Of a stretch of DNA of 64,000 nucleotides, positions 38,201 through 47,895 are shown piece after piece. The translations under genes were made by a program, and so were the position numbers. This DNA comes from a virus (lineage: Duplodnaviria > Caudoviricetes). Position 1 is the stretch's first letter. Each line of letters starts with the position of its first letter. Below the pieces are notes generated by a model that was given only the letters and a program-made list of their open reading frames with translations, was not told the origin of the DNA and searched no databases. The DNA lies in IMG/VR virus record IMGVR_UViG_3300023178_000006; one strand, written 5' to 3'.

Positions 38201-40522
38201 ACACAGTCAAGTGCAACATTAATATTCATCGATGATAGAGATGATAACTTCATCGACATTCAACCTTTCTTAAGAACAATTGATGATTCAACATCTCCAG
38301 TTAAAGGTCACGTTAAGATTACTCTTAAGAGTTCTCCACAAAACTTTATCTTATTTACAATTTCAGGTTTAACAGAAACAACAGGTTATTTTGCTATTGA
38401 TGTAGCACACGTTTCCAACGCAGGATATACATTCCAAGGTGGTGACGATGTAATGATTACCTTCGCAAGAACAGGTGATGCTGGTGCGACAGGTGCGCTT
38501 GGACCACAAGGTGTTCAAGGTACTCAAGGTGTTCAAGGTGATTATGGATTCCAAGGACCGGCTGGTGCGGGTGCTCAAGGTATCCAAGGTTTACAAGGAA
38601 CATCTGGTTTCCAAGGTTCTGATGGAGCAGATGGTGCAGCTGGGTCTCAAGGTATCCAAGGTATTCAGGGTTCTACTGGTACTCAAGGATTTGGTGGATT
38701 CCAAGGACCAGGCGGAACTGGTGCTCAAGGTATTCAGGGTGTTCAAGGTTTAATAGGTCAACAAGGTATCGCGGGTGTAGGTGCTGGAGGATTCCAAGGT
38801 CCAGCAGGTGCTCAAGGTATTCAGGGTGTTCAGGGTTCTGACGGTTCAGGAGGAACTCAAGGTGTTCAAGGTACACAGGGTGTCGGTGGAGCAGGTGCTC
38901 CTGGTGCTCAAGGTCCTCAAGGAACTCAAGGTTTAAGTGGTATTGGTGCACAGGGTGTATTTGGAGTCCAGGGTGCGCAAGGTCTACAAGGTGTTCAGGG
39001 TCCTACGGGTGCAGGCATCCAAGGTGCCTCTGGTACAGGTACACAAGGTATTCAAGGTCCTCAAGGTATTGATGGAACAACGGGTACAGGTGTTCAGGGT
39101 ATTCAAGGTTTCCAAGGTTATCAAGGTGTACAAGGTCCTCCAGGAACAGGAGCGCCAGGTATCCAAGGTTATAGAGGTTATCAAGGTGTTCAAGGAAATG
39201 TTGGTGGAGACGGTGGTGGCGGTGTTCAAGGTCCTACTGGTCCACAGGGTATTCAAGGTACTACAGGTGATGCTGGAACAGGATTACAAGGATATAGAGG
39301 TTATCAAGGTGCTCAAGGTGAACAGGGTGCCGATGGTGGAACAGGTGGAGGCGGTGTTCAGGGTGAACAAGGTACTCAAGGTTATAGAGGATTCCAAGGT
39401 AATCAAGGTGTAAGTGGTTCAGGTTCTGGTGGTCCACAAGGTCCTCGTGGTTTCCAAGGTACTGATGGTTTAAGTGGAAATGGAATTCAAGGTCCGTTAG
39501 GCCCAATAGGTCCTCAAGGAACAAGAGGTCCTCAAGGTTATAGAGGTATCCAAGGTATTCAAGGATTTACCGGTGGTGCTTCTTCTCAAGGTTTCACTGG
39601 TGACACAGGTGCTCAAGGTTTCAATGGATATCAAGGTACTCAAGGATTTAGAGGATTCCAAGGTATTGATGGTGGAACTGGTGGAGGTGGTATCCAAGGT
39701 CTACAGGGTGTTCAAGGAACATTAGGTTTCCAAGGTTCACAAGGTCCTGCAGGTTCAGCTTCTGGTATTAACGCACCTTCAATTAGGGAACAAAGTAACG
39801 CACTACAAACAGGTACTTTCTATCCAACATTTATTGAGCCTGGTTCTGGTGTAAGAACACTATATGCTGCAACAACTCCTGATTTATATGCAGGTGGTTC
39901 AGGTGATACTAACTTTACATATAACTTAAACTCAGAAACAGTTCTCGTAGAAAACTTCTATGTAGATGGTGGTATAACACTAGGTGGTGTTACTAGAACT
40001 ACATGGCCATCGGGTGGTTCAGGTTATGATGGTACATCTGCTAACGTACAGTCAGCTAACTACTTAAGATTTAATGATGATATTCCTTTAATCTTCGGTA
40101 CATCAAGTGATGTTGATTTCTACGCAAATAACACAGCAATGTATACCGACCTTAATTCTGGACATGATTGGTTCATTAGAGAAGGTACAGTTGTAAGATT
40201 CACGTTTGATACAGGAACGGGTGACTTCACAGCTGGTGGTAACGTTACAACTAACTCAGACGAAAGATTAAAGATTAATGTTAATACATTAGAAGATGCT
40301 TTAGATAAAGTCAAAGCATTAAGAGGTGTTTCATATAATAAGATTGATAATGAAAGAGATGAGATTGGTCTCATTGCACAAGAGGTTGAGAGTATACTTC
40401 CAGAAGTCGTAAGAGATAATGCTGATGGATTTAAGTCAGTATCTTATGGAAATATAACAGCATTATTAGTTGAAGCAATAAAAGAACAACAAAGACAAAT
40501 TGACGAATTAAAGTCAAAATAA
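35219..40522 (+). CDS. Collagen-like fibre (Gly-X-Gln triple-helix tracts, four repeated globular domains) with C-terminal S74 chaperone
   Basis: Long (G-X-Q)n tracts between about 35725 and 39750; four DPG-containing globular repeats; C-terminal SDERLKINV...[15 protein letters not shown]...[16 protein letters not shown]. Confidence 0.9.
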   Translation: MSNFGTLTGKSQLIGFGEPQAFPITLDPAVYEGAVVYADNDKVYYSDGTSWIELLGGGGTTVDAILPFAFIRVDGTGNITGTGISSSNWDAVNGTMDFTFDTAQPDTDYTVVTDGELNDDGRLVSIQSKTVNGFEASFYDSNGNATTPSSASAFAIMVFASDPVTQVGQGQQGIQGTTGAQGLQGDYGPGFTIIGSVADVDSGGDPQATLNTAFPTPNTGEGVIDEADDELWIYNGTSWVNIGSFRGVQGLQGVIGPQGLQGPLGNEGIQGERGFRGFQGMQGVQGHQGVQGDLGIQGVQGFRGPQGVQGITGIQGDLGIQGIQGVQGVQGTTGIQGDVGLQGLQGFNGDDAGHVVEYRLDWNTSQADPGTGNIIFNDTGFSNTSNFSTVDTMWIDDEAIYGVNLDALYTTISSQTSTDKAVMKITKRGNPDDYVIFTIQNATDQTGYWQFNVTFQGGNALREDFTEYNGGNGVWTLNPLLVAFSIVGDEGIQGPIGPRGIQGVQGLQGPQGLQGFRGPQGTIGIQGNTGVQGDVGLQGIQGTTGIQGDVGIQGVQGTTGDFGGITYDYTYSNNTTASDPGTGIIRFDDTNLASATQMYIDDEDDNGVNVMDGLMVDLDAVSSGVKGYFKITNGADTTNHITFRIDEITNGSGYWVVDCTRLSGASSLSNGLDVRISFSRTGDQGTQGVQGTQGFRGFQGDLGLQGVQGVQGTDGLQGYRGFQGDVGNTGAQGIQGVQGTFGIQGDVGLQGDSGATGAQGIQGVQGGQGLQGLQGLQGEQGEYGGLTFQWNFVNNTIGGTDPGTNNFKFNNANPTLATLITLDDIPDDQYTTEIDDFLDFIDAQPGAVKGYLKIQRAAGGASGGPGGHHWLVYEITDWTWDGVSKNYGYFDVNYVDGNVTNWETAVNQTHGPETLITFIPRGPAGIQGAVGGIGPQGVQGPTGSGAQGVQGVQGSGGIQGADGSFGGVTFDYTFNSGTLAGDPGGAGWVKLNSATQSSATLIFIDDRDDNFIDIQPFLRTIDDSTSPVKGHVKITLKSSPQNFILFTISGLTETTGYFAIDVAHVSNAGYTFQGGDDVMITFARTGDAGATGALGPQGVQGTQGVQGDYGFQGPAGAGAQGIQGLQGTSGFQGSDGADGAAGSQGIQGIQGSTGTQGFGGFQGPGGTGAQGIQGVQGLIGQQGIAGVGAGGFQGPAGAQGIQGVQGSDGSGGTQGVQGTQGVGGAGAPGAQGPQGTQGLSGIGAQGVFGVQGAQGLQGVQGPTGAGIQGASGTGTQGIQGPQGIDGTTGTGVQGIQGFQGYQGVQGPPGTGAPGIQGYRGYQGVQGNVGGDGGGGVQGPTGPQGIQGTTGDAGTGLQGYRGYQGAQGEQGADGGTGGGGVQGEQGTQGYRGFQGNQGVSGSGSGGPQGPRGFQGTDGLSGNGIQGPLGPIGPQGTRGPQGYRGIQGIQGFTGGASSQGFTGDTGAQGFNGYQGTQGFRGFQGIDGGTGGGGIQGLQGVQGTLGFQGSQGPAGSASGINAPSIREQSNALQTGTFYPTFIEPGSGVRTLYAATTPDLYAGGSGDTNFTYNLNSETVLVENFYVDGGITLGGVTRTTWPSGGSGYDGTSANVQSANYLRFNDDIPLIFGTSSDVDFYANNTAMYTDLNSGHDWFIREGTVVRFTFDTGTGDFTAGGNVTTNSDERLKINVNTLEDALDKVKALRGVSYNKIDNERDEIGLIAQEVESILPEVVRDNADGFKSVSYGNITALLVEAIKEQQRQIDELKSK

Positions 40523-40572
40523 TTTATACTATGAAGTAAGGGTGACTTGCTCAACAATTATAAAACAGATTG

Positions 40573-40600
40573 AAGGGCATCTCGTATGCCCTTTATTCTT
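40573..40600 (+). terminator. Rho-independent terminator-like hairpin
   Basis: AAGGGCAT (40573-80), loop CTCGT, ATGCCCTT (40586-93), followed by a T-rich tail TATTCTT, downstream of the collagen gene. Confidence 0.7.
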
Positions 40601-40607
40601 ATAAATA
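40600..40607 (+). promoter_or_regulatory. T4-type late promoter TATAAATA
   Basis: Exact consensus immediately after the hairpin and upstream of 40639. Confidence 0.8.
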
Positions 40608-40638
40608 ACTAATAAAAGATTTAAAAGGTTTCATCGCC

Positions 40639-40974
40639 ATGGCATCAAGAGCTAACATATATATCGATAAAGGTATGGACTTCAGAACAACTGTTGAGTT
40701 GTTCGACGAAGATAATGCCGAGCTTTTCCACAGTACTTATAATTTCTATGGTGGAATGAAAAAGCTATACTCAGACGCAAGCCCCGTTGCGACCTTTACA
40801 ATCGAGAAAACTGCAAATAATGACGTCACTCTGATATTGACGGATACGGATACTTCCGCTCTTAAGCCTGGCAAATACCAATATGATTTAATCATGGAAA
40901 AAACCACAGGAGAATTGTCGAAAATAGTTGAAGGCTTAGCGATTGTAGTTGATACTATTACGGAGGTTTCGTGA
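40639..40974 (+). CDS. Small Ig-like/beta-sandwich virion protein, possible fibre adaptor
   Basis: MASRANIYIDKGMDFRTTV...LKPGKYQYDLIM...KIVEGLAIV; GTGA overlap with the next gene. Confidence 0.7.
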   Translation: MASRANIYIDKGMDFRTTVELFDEDNAELFHSTYNFYGGMKKLYSDASPVATFTIEKTANNDVTLILTDTDTSALKPGKYQYDLIMEKTTGELSKIVEGLAIVVDTITEVS

Positions 40975-43900
40975 GTATAAAGGTTAAGGTCAAGTCCTCG
41001 AAAAGTATTCGAGCGGTACCTAAACAAGATACTCAAACGAGTATCGTAGCACCAGGAGAAAGAAAACCGGTAATCGTTCCAGATTCCGTTGTTCTTGGTA
41101 TCGATACAATTGGAGCATACGTACAGGATATTGATGCTGGCCCAGGCATAATCATTACTCCTGAAACAGACACAGAACTTTCTAATGTCGTCGTTTCTCA
41201 CGCAAATACATCTAACGAAGTAAGTACTAATAATGATGTATTAACAATTTCAAGAAATATTGACATCGACCAATTCGGTCATGTTACATCCTTTTATAAT
41301 ACAAGTTTAACTTCTTTAAACTTTACTGCTAACGGCACAGTCATTCAAGCAAATGACTTCACACTAGGTAATACATCACTTACAATTGGTGAATCTACAA
41401 ATGAAATCGTAGGTTTAAGTAATTTTAATGTTGGTGAACTTACTTTAACACAAGACGGAATATTAGGTTTAGATGATATTCGATTAGTTCCTGGCGAAGC
41501 TGATGATGTTATTAACGTCACCGACCACAGAATATCTAATCTTAAAAATCCTTTATTCCCACAAGATGCTGTTACAGTCAATTATTTAGAACAAGAATTA
41601 GGAACAGTTGGAGACCCTACAGACCCAGAAGATGTCGCAAACAAACGTTATGTAGATAATGTTCAAATTGCGATGTTGAATCGTCAAACAGTTCTAGCAG
41701 CATCGACTGCAGACTTAGGTGGTACATATACAACTGGTAATACTTCTTATTCAGACACAATTTCTTTATCTCCCGCCTCAACAATCAATATTGACGGGGT
41801 TACAGATTGGGAACTTGGTGATGGACTTTTAGTCAAAGACCAAACAAACCCAGTACAGAATGGCCGTTACGAGTTAATACAAGTTGGCGCCTTAGCTGAT
41901 GATTGGATTTTCCAGAGAAATCGGTATAACGATGAAACCTCAGAGTATGGACTTACTCTGGCCGAAATACCTGGTTCTTTCGTATTCGTAGTTGATGGTA
42001 CTCTTAACGGCCAAACTGGTTGGGTTGCAACAGTTAATGATGCAGAAACATTTGCGTTAAATACTGACGATATTATATACAAACAATTCCAAGGACATGG
42101 AACCTTTACTGATGGAAGAGGTTTAACTCTTACCGGTCCTTTAGGTACAGAATTTGAGGTAGATTATACTCAAACCTTCGATACTATTAATGGGTTGTCG
42201 GATAACTTAATTATATCATCAAATGTAGTAGATGTCAATAGTTCTGGTGGATTTATTATCCCTGTTGGTGCAACAAGTGATAGACCAACTCCAGACCAAG
42301 GAATGATTCGTTATAATACGACTGATTCAAGATTTGAAGCATATAACGGTATAGCATGGACAGGATTAGGTGGTGTAGTTGATGTTGACCAAGATACTAG
42401 AATTGTTGCTGAATCTTCACCTGGCGCTGACAATGACCAATTGCAATTCTTTACTGCAAATACAGAGGTCATGCGTCTTGAAGCAGATGGTGATTTATAC
42501 TTTGGTTCAAGTCTCAATAAATTAATTATTGATTATAATTCAGGTGATGCTACATTCAGAGGATTAGTAACCTTTGATTCTACTGGAGCAATCACCATTC
42601 CAGATGGTACAACAGCTCAAAGACCTACCGCCGTTCGCGGTATGATTCGTTTTAATATCAGTGACCAACAATTCGAAGGATATGATGGTACTGCATGGAA
42701 AGGTCTTGGTGGAGTTATTGATGTTGACCAAGATACAAAAATTACTGCAGAAGATTCACCAGGCGCAGATAATGACGAACTTAAATTCTTTACTGGTGGA
42801 ACATTAAGATATAAACTCGCACCTGATGGTGATTTCCAGTATGGTGATGGTCTTAATAAGTTTACAGTTGACTGGCAAACTGGTGATACTAACATTGCTG
42901 GAAATACAGACATTCAAGGAACATTAAATGTTGTTGGTGATACAACAATCATTGGTGACACTGACCTTACTGGTTCTTTAGAAGTTGATAGTTTAAATGT
43001 TACTGACCTAACACAAAACAGAGTATTGTTTGCAGGTGTAGATGGTGAAATAACTGATAGTAACGATTTACGTTGGGATGGTTCTACATTTACAGTTACT
43101 GGTGATACAGACATCACTGGTAATCTTACACTTGGTGGTAATATAAGAATTGGTGATGCTGATGTAGATACAATTAATGTTGTTGCAGACTTCACATCTG
43201 ACTTAGTTCCAAATGACCACTTAACATATACAATTGGTTCATTAAATAAAAACTGGAATCGAATCTTCGTATCACAAGTCAAGAGTGACTCAGGTGTAAT
43301 TACATTTGCAGAAACAGGAGCAATCACACTTCCGGTTGGTAATACAAGTGATAGACCTTCAGCTGCAACTGGTATGTTACGTTATAATACTGATGATGCA
43401 CGCTTTGAAGGATATGATGGAAGTAATTGGGCAGGTCTCGCAGGTTCAGTAATCGACGTTGACCAAGATACAAAAATTATTGCTGAATCAAGTCCTAATG
43501 CTGATAATGATGAATTACAATTCTTCACCGCTGGGAATGAAAGATTTAAGATTACTGCAAATGGTGATATTACTACCCCAGCAAATACAGATTTAACATT
43601 TACTGTATCTGGTAATATTGATGTCAGTAATACTATTATAACAGGTTTAGCGGACCCTGTCAACCCTTCTGATGCAGTTAATTTAAGATTTATTAATGAT
43701 AATTTCAGTTCAAACTTAGACATTACAGATGGTGCTAATACAGGAGTAATTGACTTACTCGATTCACCTAGAGTTTACATTGGTACAGGTTTAGAATTAG
43801 GTGCAAATACAGCTCTAGCAAATAATGAATTTGAAATTGGAATGGAAGACACCGGTGTTACTGCAGGTCTATATGGTAACGATGGATTTACTCCTCGTAT

Positions 43901-44996
43901 TCGTATTGATGAACAAGGACGTATTTCATTCGCAACAGACATTCCAGTAGAATTACAAGCGAACGCGATTCCTGACTTTACAGAAACTGTACACGACCTT
44001 GTCGGTGAAATGATGAGGAGTAATGTTGAGTTAGGTATTAATGTAGAAGGTGATGATGCAAACGATAAGATTAATTTCAGAACAAATGACTTCGTAATTA
44101 ATTTAACTGGTAGTGTTCTTGGTTCAAATACTGTTGTTCATAACTCAAACGTTGATATCGCAACAACTATTGACTTCTCTACTGCATACCCAACACTTGA
44201 TACGAGATATTTAGAAGTTGCTGGTGATACCGCAACTGGAGATATAGCAGCACCAAGATTCTTAGACTCAGCGAATACTAATTTCTTCATTGACCCTGCT
44301 GGTGATTCACAAATTAAGAACATTCATATTGGTTATCAACAATCAAGTTCACTAGTAAGAATTGTAGATAACTACATGTATTCAGCCGGTAGTGTTATCG
44401 GATTCTTAAATAACGCTCAAGGATTTGGTGCGGTATGGAATAAACAAACAAGTCTATTTGAAGTTTCAGGTGATGTTCAAGCAAATAGATTTATAGATAG
44501 AAACAATACAAACTATCTCATAGATTTAAACGGTAGTGGAAGTAGAATATTAGAAATCGATGTAGACAACTTTGTCGAAATCGGTAATGATATGAAACTG
44601 TTCTCGGATAAAATATATTCACCGAGTGCTATTACACTTGAATCACTAGCATACGAAGTTGATGTTAGTTCTTCTCATATTACAAACGTTCTCGACCCAA
44701 TTAACGCTCAAGATGCAGCGACTAAGAAATACGTTGATGACGAAATTACAGATTTACAATTAGGTGGTATTCAAATATCAGCTCCAGTGGGGAATACAGA
44801 TGTAATTCAACTTGGAGAAACCTTAAACTTTGCCGAAGGTGAAGGAATTGATATAACAGCTAGCAACAATCAGATATTGATTGCTGGTGAATTAGCGAAC
44901 AACACGAACATTGGTGTTGCTTCATTTAACATAAATAACTTTACAGTTACAAGTGGTGATGTAACAGTCACAACACTTGACGGAGGAACTTTTTAA
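40971..44996 (+). CDS. Tail fibre/appendage protein with three internal ~75-aa repeats
   Basis: GTG start with GGAGG upstream; three copies of P.G.T..RP...GM.R.N....FE.Y.G..W.GL.G...DVDQDT.I.AE.SP.ADND.L.FFT; P...DA..K.YVD-type stalk motifs; ends in LDGGTF. Confidence 0.8.
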   Translation: MSIKVKVKSSKSIRAVPKQDTQTSIVAPGERKPVIVPDSVVLGIDTIGAYVQDIDAGPGIIITPETDTELSNVVVSHANTSNEVSTNNDVLTISRNIDIDQFGHVTSFYNTSLTSLNFTANGTVIQANDFTLGNTSLTIGESTNEIVGLSNFNVGELTLTQDGILGLDDIRLVPGEADDVINVTDHRISNLKNPLFPQDAVTVNYLEQELGTVGDPTDPEDVANKRYVDNVQIAMLNRQTVLAASTADLGGTYTTGNTSYSDTISLSPASTINIDGVTDWELGDGLLVKDQTNPVQNGRYELIQVGALADDWIFQRNRYNDETSEYGLTLAEIPGSFVFVVDGTLNGQTGWVATVNDAETFALNTDDIIYKQFQGHGTFTDGRGLTLTGPLGTEFEVDYTQTFDTINGLSDNLIISSNVVDVNSSGGFIIPVGATSDRPTPDQGMIRYNTTDSRFEAYNGIAWTGLGGVVDVDQDTRIVAESSPGADNDQLQFFTANTEVMRLEADGDLYFGSSLNKLIIDYNSGDATFRGLVTFDSTGAITIPDGTTAQRPTAVRGMIRFNISDQQFEGYDGTAWKGLGGVIDVDQDTKITAEDSPGADNDELKFFTGGTLRYKLAPDGDFQYGDGLNKFTVDWQTGDTNIAGNTDIQGTLNVVGDTTIIGDTDLTGSLEVDSLNVTDLTQNRVLFAGVDGEITDSNDLRWDGSTFTVTGDTDITGNLTLGGNIRIGDADVDTINVVADFTSDLVPNDHLTYTIGSLNKNWNRIFVSQVKSDSGVITFAETGAITLPVGNTSDRPSAATGMLRYNTDDARFEGYDGSNWAGLAGSVIDVDQDTKIIAESSPNADNDELQFFTAGNERFKITANGDITTPANTDLTFTVSGNIDVSNTIITGLADPVNPSDAVNLRFINDNFSSNLDITDGANTGVIDLLDSPRVYIGTGLELGANTALANNEFEIGMEDTGVTAGLYGNDGFTPRIRIDEQGRISFATDIPVELQANAIPDFTETVHDLVGEMMRSNVELGINVEGDDANDKINFRTNDFVINLTGSVLGSNTVVHNSNVDIATTIDFSTAYPTLDTRYLEVAGDTATGDIAAPRFLDSANTNFFIDPAGDSQIKNIHIGYQQSSSLVRIVDNYMYSAGSVIGFLNNAQGFGAVWNKQTSLFEVSGDVQANRFIDRNNTNYLIDLNGSGSRILEIDVDNFVEIGNDMKLFSDKIYSPSAITLESLAYEVDVSSSHITNVLDPINAQDAATKKYVDDEITDLQLGGIQISAPVGNTDVIQLGETLNFAEGEGIDITASNNQILIAGELANNTNIGVASFNINNFTVTSGDVTVTTLDGGTF

Positions 44997-45030
44997 CCTT
45001 CCTATATAGGAGTGAAAAAAGGACATATAT

Positions 45031-47841
45031 ATGTCGACATTAATTAAACTTAGAAGAAGTGCCGTTGCCGGTCGCGTTCCTACTACAGCTCAGTTGGAGT
45101 TGGGCGAACTTGCGATTAACACACAAGACGGTAAAATCTTTATTAAACAATATGATTCAGTTTCAAATACTGAAAGCATCATAGAGTTTAGTGCAGACCC
45201 TAATGACCTTCTTACTTTAATTAAAACTGTCGATGGTGCAGGCTCAGGTCTTGATGCCGACTTATTAGATGGATTAGATTCCACACAATATTTACGTTCA
45301 GATGTAGATGATACATTTGACGCTAACCTCACAATTACTGGTGACCTTACAGTTTCAGGTAATACAACGTATGTTAATACCGAAACAATTCAGTTATCAG
45401 ATAACATTATTACTCTTAACGCAAACTTTACAGGTAATACTGCAACTCAAGACGCCGGTATAGAAGTTGAGAGAGGTGGCGAAACTAATGTAGTATTACA
45501 ATGGAATGAGACCAATAACTATTGGGAGATTGCATCTGGTGGTACCGTAGGCCGTATTCTTACAACAGGAGATGTTGGAAGTGGTAATGGACTAGATGCC
45601 GATTTACTTGATGGACAAGAAGGAACATACTATTTAGATTGGACCAATACAACAAATAAACCCGACCCAAAAATTGATGTTGTTGTTACTGGTGATGTCG
45701 AAGGAAGTGGAAATACAACACTTACAGATGTTACTGATGGTACAATTAATATAAACTTAGAACTTACTGATACTGGAGTAACTCCAGGAACTTATGGTAA
45801 TGCTTCTCAAATTCCAGTCGTTACAGTTGATGTCGATGGAAGAATTACAGCATTATCAAATACCGCAGTTGCTGGTGTAAACGCAACAAATTGGTATTCA
45901 GCAAATAATACCTATGCAATTGAAACAGGTGATGGTTCAACATTCAATACTGTTATTGATGAATTTACAGGACCATTCACAGTCAATGGTGATATCGTTG
46001 TCACTGGTTTAGTTGATGGAAGAGATATTGCATTAGATGGTGCTAAACTTGATTTATTAGAAGATGGATTAGACCTTACATTAACTGGAAAGGTTACTGG
46101 TACAGCATCATCAAATACAGGTGTAATGACCCTTGCTACTGAGTTAGCGAATACAGGTGTTACACCAGGTGTTTATGGTTCCTCTACAGCAATTCCAGTT
46201 TTTACCGTCGATGAAGATGGACGATTAACAACTGCAAATACTGCTGCTGTATCAGGTGTAGAAGATTTCTTCTTTGTAGATGCGAATAATACTATCACTT
46301 TAGAAACAGGTGATGGTACAATATATCTCGCTCATATCGATAAACTCGATAGAATCGAAGAAGACCTTACAATAAACTTACAAGGAAAAGTCACAGGTTC
46401 AGTTACATCAAATACTGGAACTATGACTGTTCAAACCGAACTCGCGAACACGGGCGTCACGCCTGGTACGTACGGGACCGCTTCACAAATTCCAGTTTTA
46501 ACAATTGATGAAGATGGACGTATAACATCTGCGAGTAATACAGCTGTTGCTGGTGTTGATGCTACAAACTGGTATAGCGCAAATAATACATTCGCTATTG
46601 AAACAGGTGATGGTAGTGTATTCAACACAGTCATAGATTCTTTCAACGATATAAGTGCAAATAACATTAGTGTTAGTGGTACAGTTGATGGAAGAGATAT
46701 TGCAGCTGATGGTTTAAAATTAGATGGTATAGAATCTAACGCGACAGCAGACCAAACTGCTGCAGAGATTCTTACCGAAATCAAGTCAGTGGATGGTGCA
46801 GGGTCGGGACTTGATGCAGACCTACTTGATGGTCTGCATGCCTCGGATATTTTAGCTCAAGCAGCTAATACCGCATCTTCTGGTGTTGGTAATGGTTTAA
46901 TTACTATTACCGCAAACAACGGGTTAATTGGTAGTGGTGGTTTTAATCTTAATGATTTCTCAAATACTACAATCGACATCGAACACGCAGACACATCTTC
47001 TCAACCAAGTATTTTAGGTTCTGGTGGAGATGTCATACAAGATGTTATACTCGACACATACGGACATGTAACAGGTTTAACACAAGTTGATTTTGATAAT
47101 AGGTACTATACTGAAACAGAATTAGATGCAGGTCAGCTTGACAATAGATATTATACAGAAACAGAATTAGATGCAGGTCAATTAGATAACAGATATTATA
47201 CAGAAACAGAAACTAATAATTTACTTGACCTTAAAACAGATAAAACAACACAGATTATAGCTGGTGCTGGTCTTACTGATGGTGGACCATTATCGGCAAA
47301 CGTGACAATTAGTCACGCAGATACAAGTAGTGTAGCAAATGTTTCAGTGACTGGTAATGACGTTATTGAAAGTTTAAATTTCGATACTTTCGGTCACGTC
47401 TTATCACATACAACTAAAACATTAAGCTTCCTAACTCAAGCACAAGCAGATGCTAGATATGTAAATGTAACTGGTGATACAATGACCGGTGCACTTACAG
47501 TTTCCAATACGATTTCTTTAGAAGCTGCTACATTTGATTCAGAAGAAAAATTATCGATAGGAACATCTCAATTTACTGCTTACAGTTTTGACGCAACACA
47601 ATATGGTGGTGCTGAAATAATTGTTGTAGCAACATTGGGAACCGCTAAACATATTAGTAAGTTACTCATAACACATGATGGCTCAACTGCTTATGCAACT
47701 GAGTTTGGTGAGGTAACTACTGGTTCTGTTCTAGCAACATTTGATGTTACATATAATAGTGGTGACGTAGAGTTTAAGATTACTCCTTCAAACAGTAGTT
47801 ATAAAACATACAAACTGCAGGTAACACTTATAGAAATTTAA
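45031..47841 (+). CDS. Tail fibre protein with Mtd-N-like N-terminal domain and internal repeats
   Basis: IKLRRSAVAGRVPTTAQLELGELAINTQDGKIFIK; GLDADLLDG motifs; three TGVTPG.YG...IPV.T.D.DGR repeats. Confidence 0.8.
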   Translation: MSTLIKLRRSAVAGRVPTTAQLELGELAINTQDGKIFIKQYDSVSNTESIIEFSADPNDLLTLIKTVDGAGSGLDADLLDGLDSTQYLRSDVDDTFDANLTITGDLTVSGNTTYVNTETIQLSDNIITLNANFTGNTATQDAGIEVERGGETNVVLQWNETNNYWEIASGGTVGRILTTGDVGSGNGLDADLLDGQEGTYYLDWTNTTNKPDPKIDVVVTGDVEGSGNTTLTDVTDGTININLELTDTGVTPGTYGNASQIPVVTVDVDGRITALSNTAVAGVNATNWYSANNTYAIETGDGSTFNTVIDEFTGPFTVNGDIVVTGLVDGRDIALDGAKLDLLEDGLDLTLTGKVTGTASSNTGVMTLATELANTGVTPGVYGSSTAIPVFTVDEDGRLTTANTAAVSGVEDFFFVDANNTITLETGDGTIYLAHIDKLDRIEEDLTINLQGKVTGSVTSNTGTMTVQTELANTGVTPGTYGTASQIPVLTIDEDGRITSASNTAVAGVDATNWYSANNTFAIETGDGSVFNTVIDSFNDISANNISVSGTVDGRDIAADGLKLDGIESNATADQTAAEILTEIKSVDGAGSGLDADLLDGLHASDILAQAANTASSGVGNGLITITANNGLIGSGGFNLNDFSNTTIDIEHADTSSQPSILGSGGDVIQDVILDTYGHVTGLTQVDFDNRYYTETELDAGQLDNRYYTETELDAGQLDNRYYTETETNNLLDLKTDKTTQIIAGAGLTDGGPLSANVTISHADTSSVANVSVTGNDVIESLNFDTFGHVLSHTTKTLSFLTQAQADARYVNVTGDTMTGALTVSNTISLEAATFDSEEKLSIGTSQFTAYSFDATQYGGAEIIVVATLGTAKHISKLLITHDGSTAYATEFGEVTTGSVLATFDVTYNSGDVEFKITPSNSSYKTYKLQVTLIEI
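47095..47211 (+). repeat. 45-nt tandem repeat (about 2.6 copies) encoding DNRYYTETELDAGQL
   Basis: The peptide units are identical and the nucleotide differences are synonymous. Confidence 0.9.
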
Positions 47842-47847
47842 TAAATA
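47840..47847 (+). promoter_or_regulatory. T4-like late promoter variant AATAAATA
   Basis: Overlaps the stop codon of the 45031 gene, upstream of the giant fibre gene. Confidence 0.6.
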
Positions 47848-47895
47848 GAAAAGTAATTACAATATAAAATCGCCTGACTGGGGAGAGTGAACCGA

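Noticed and set aside
37302-39697. Several alternative-frame and antisense ORFs (FKVFKV..., LEHLEY..., TLNTL...) within the collagen gene
   Set aside because: They are shadows of the stop-poor CAAGGT repeat and have no RBS or domain signal.
40523-40572. Possible small ORF or sigma70 promoter after the collagen gene
   Set aside because: Only ATG-AAG-TAA was found, and the -35/-10-like hexamers have the wrong spacing.
47095-47211. 45-nt repeat considered as a CRISPR mini-array or a DGR template/variable pair
   Set aside because: There are no spacers, it is in frame within a CDS, and the differences are synonymous rather than adenine-specific. No reverse transcriptase was seen in the window.
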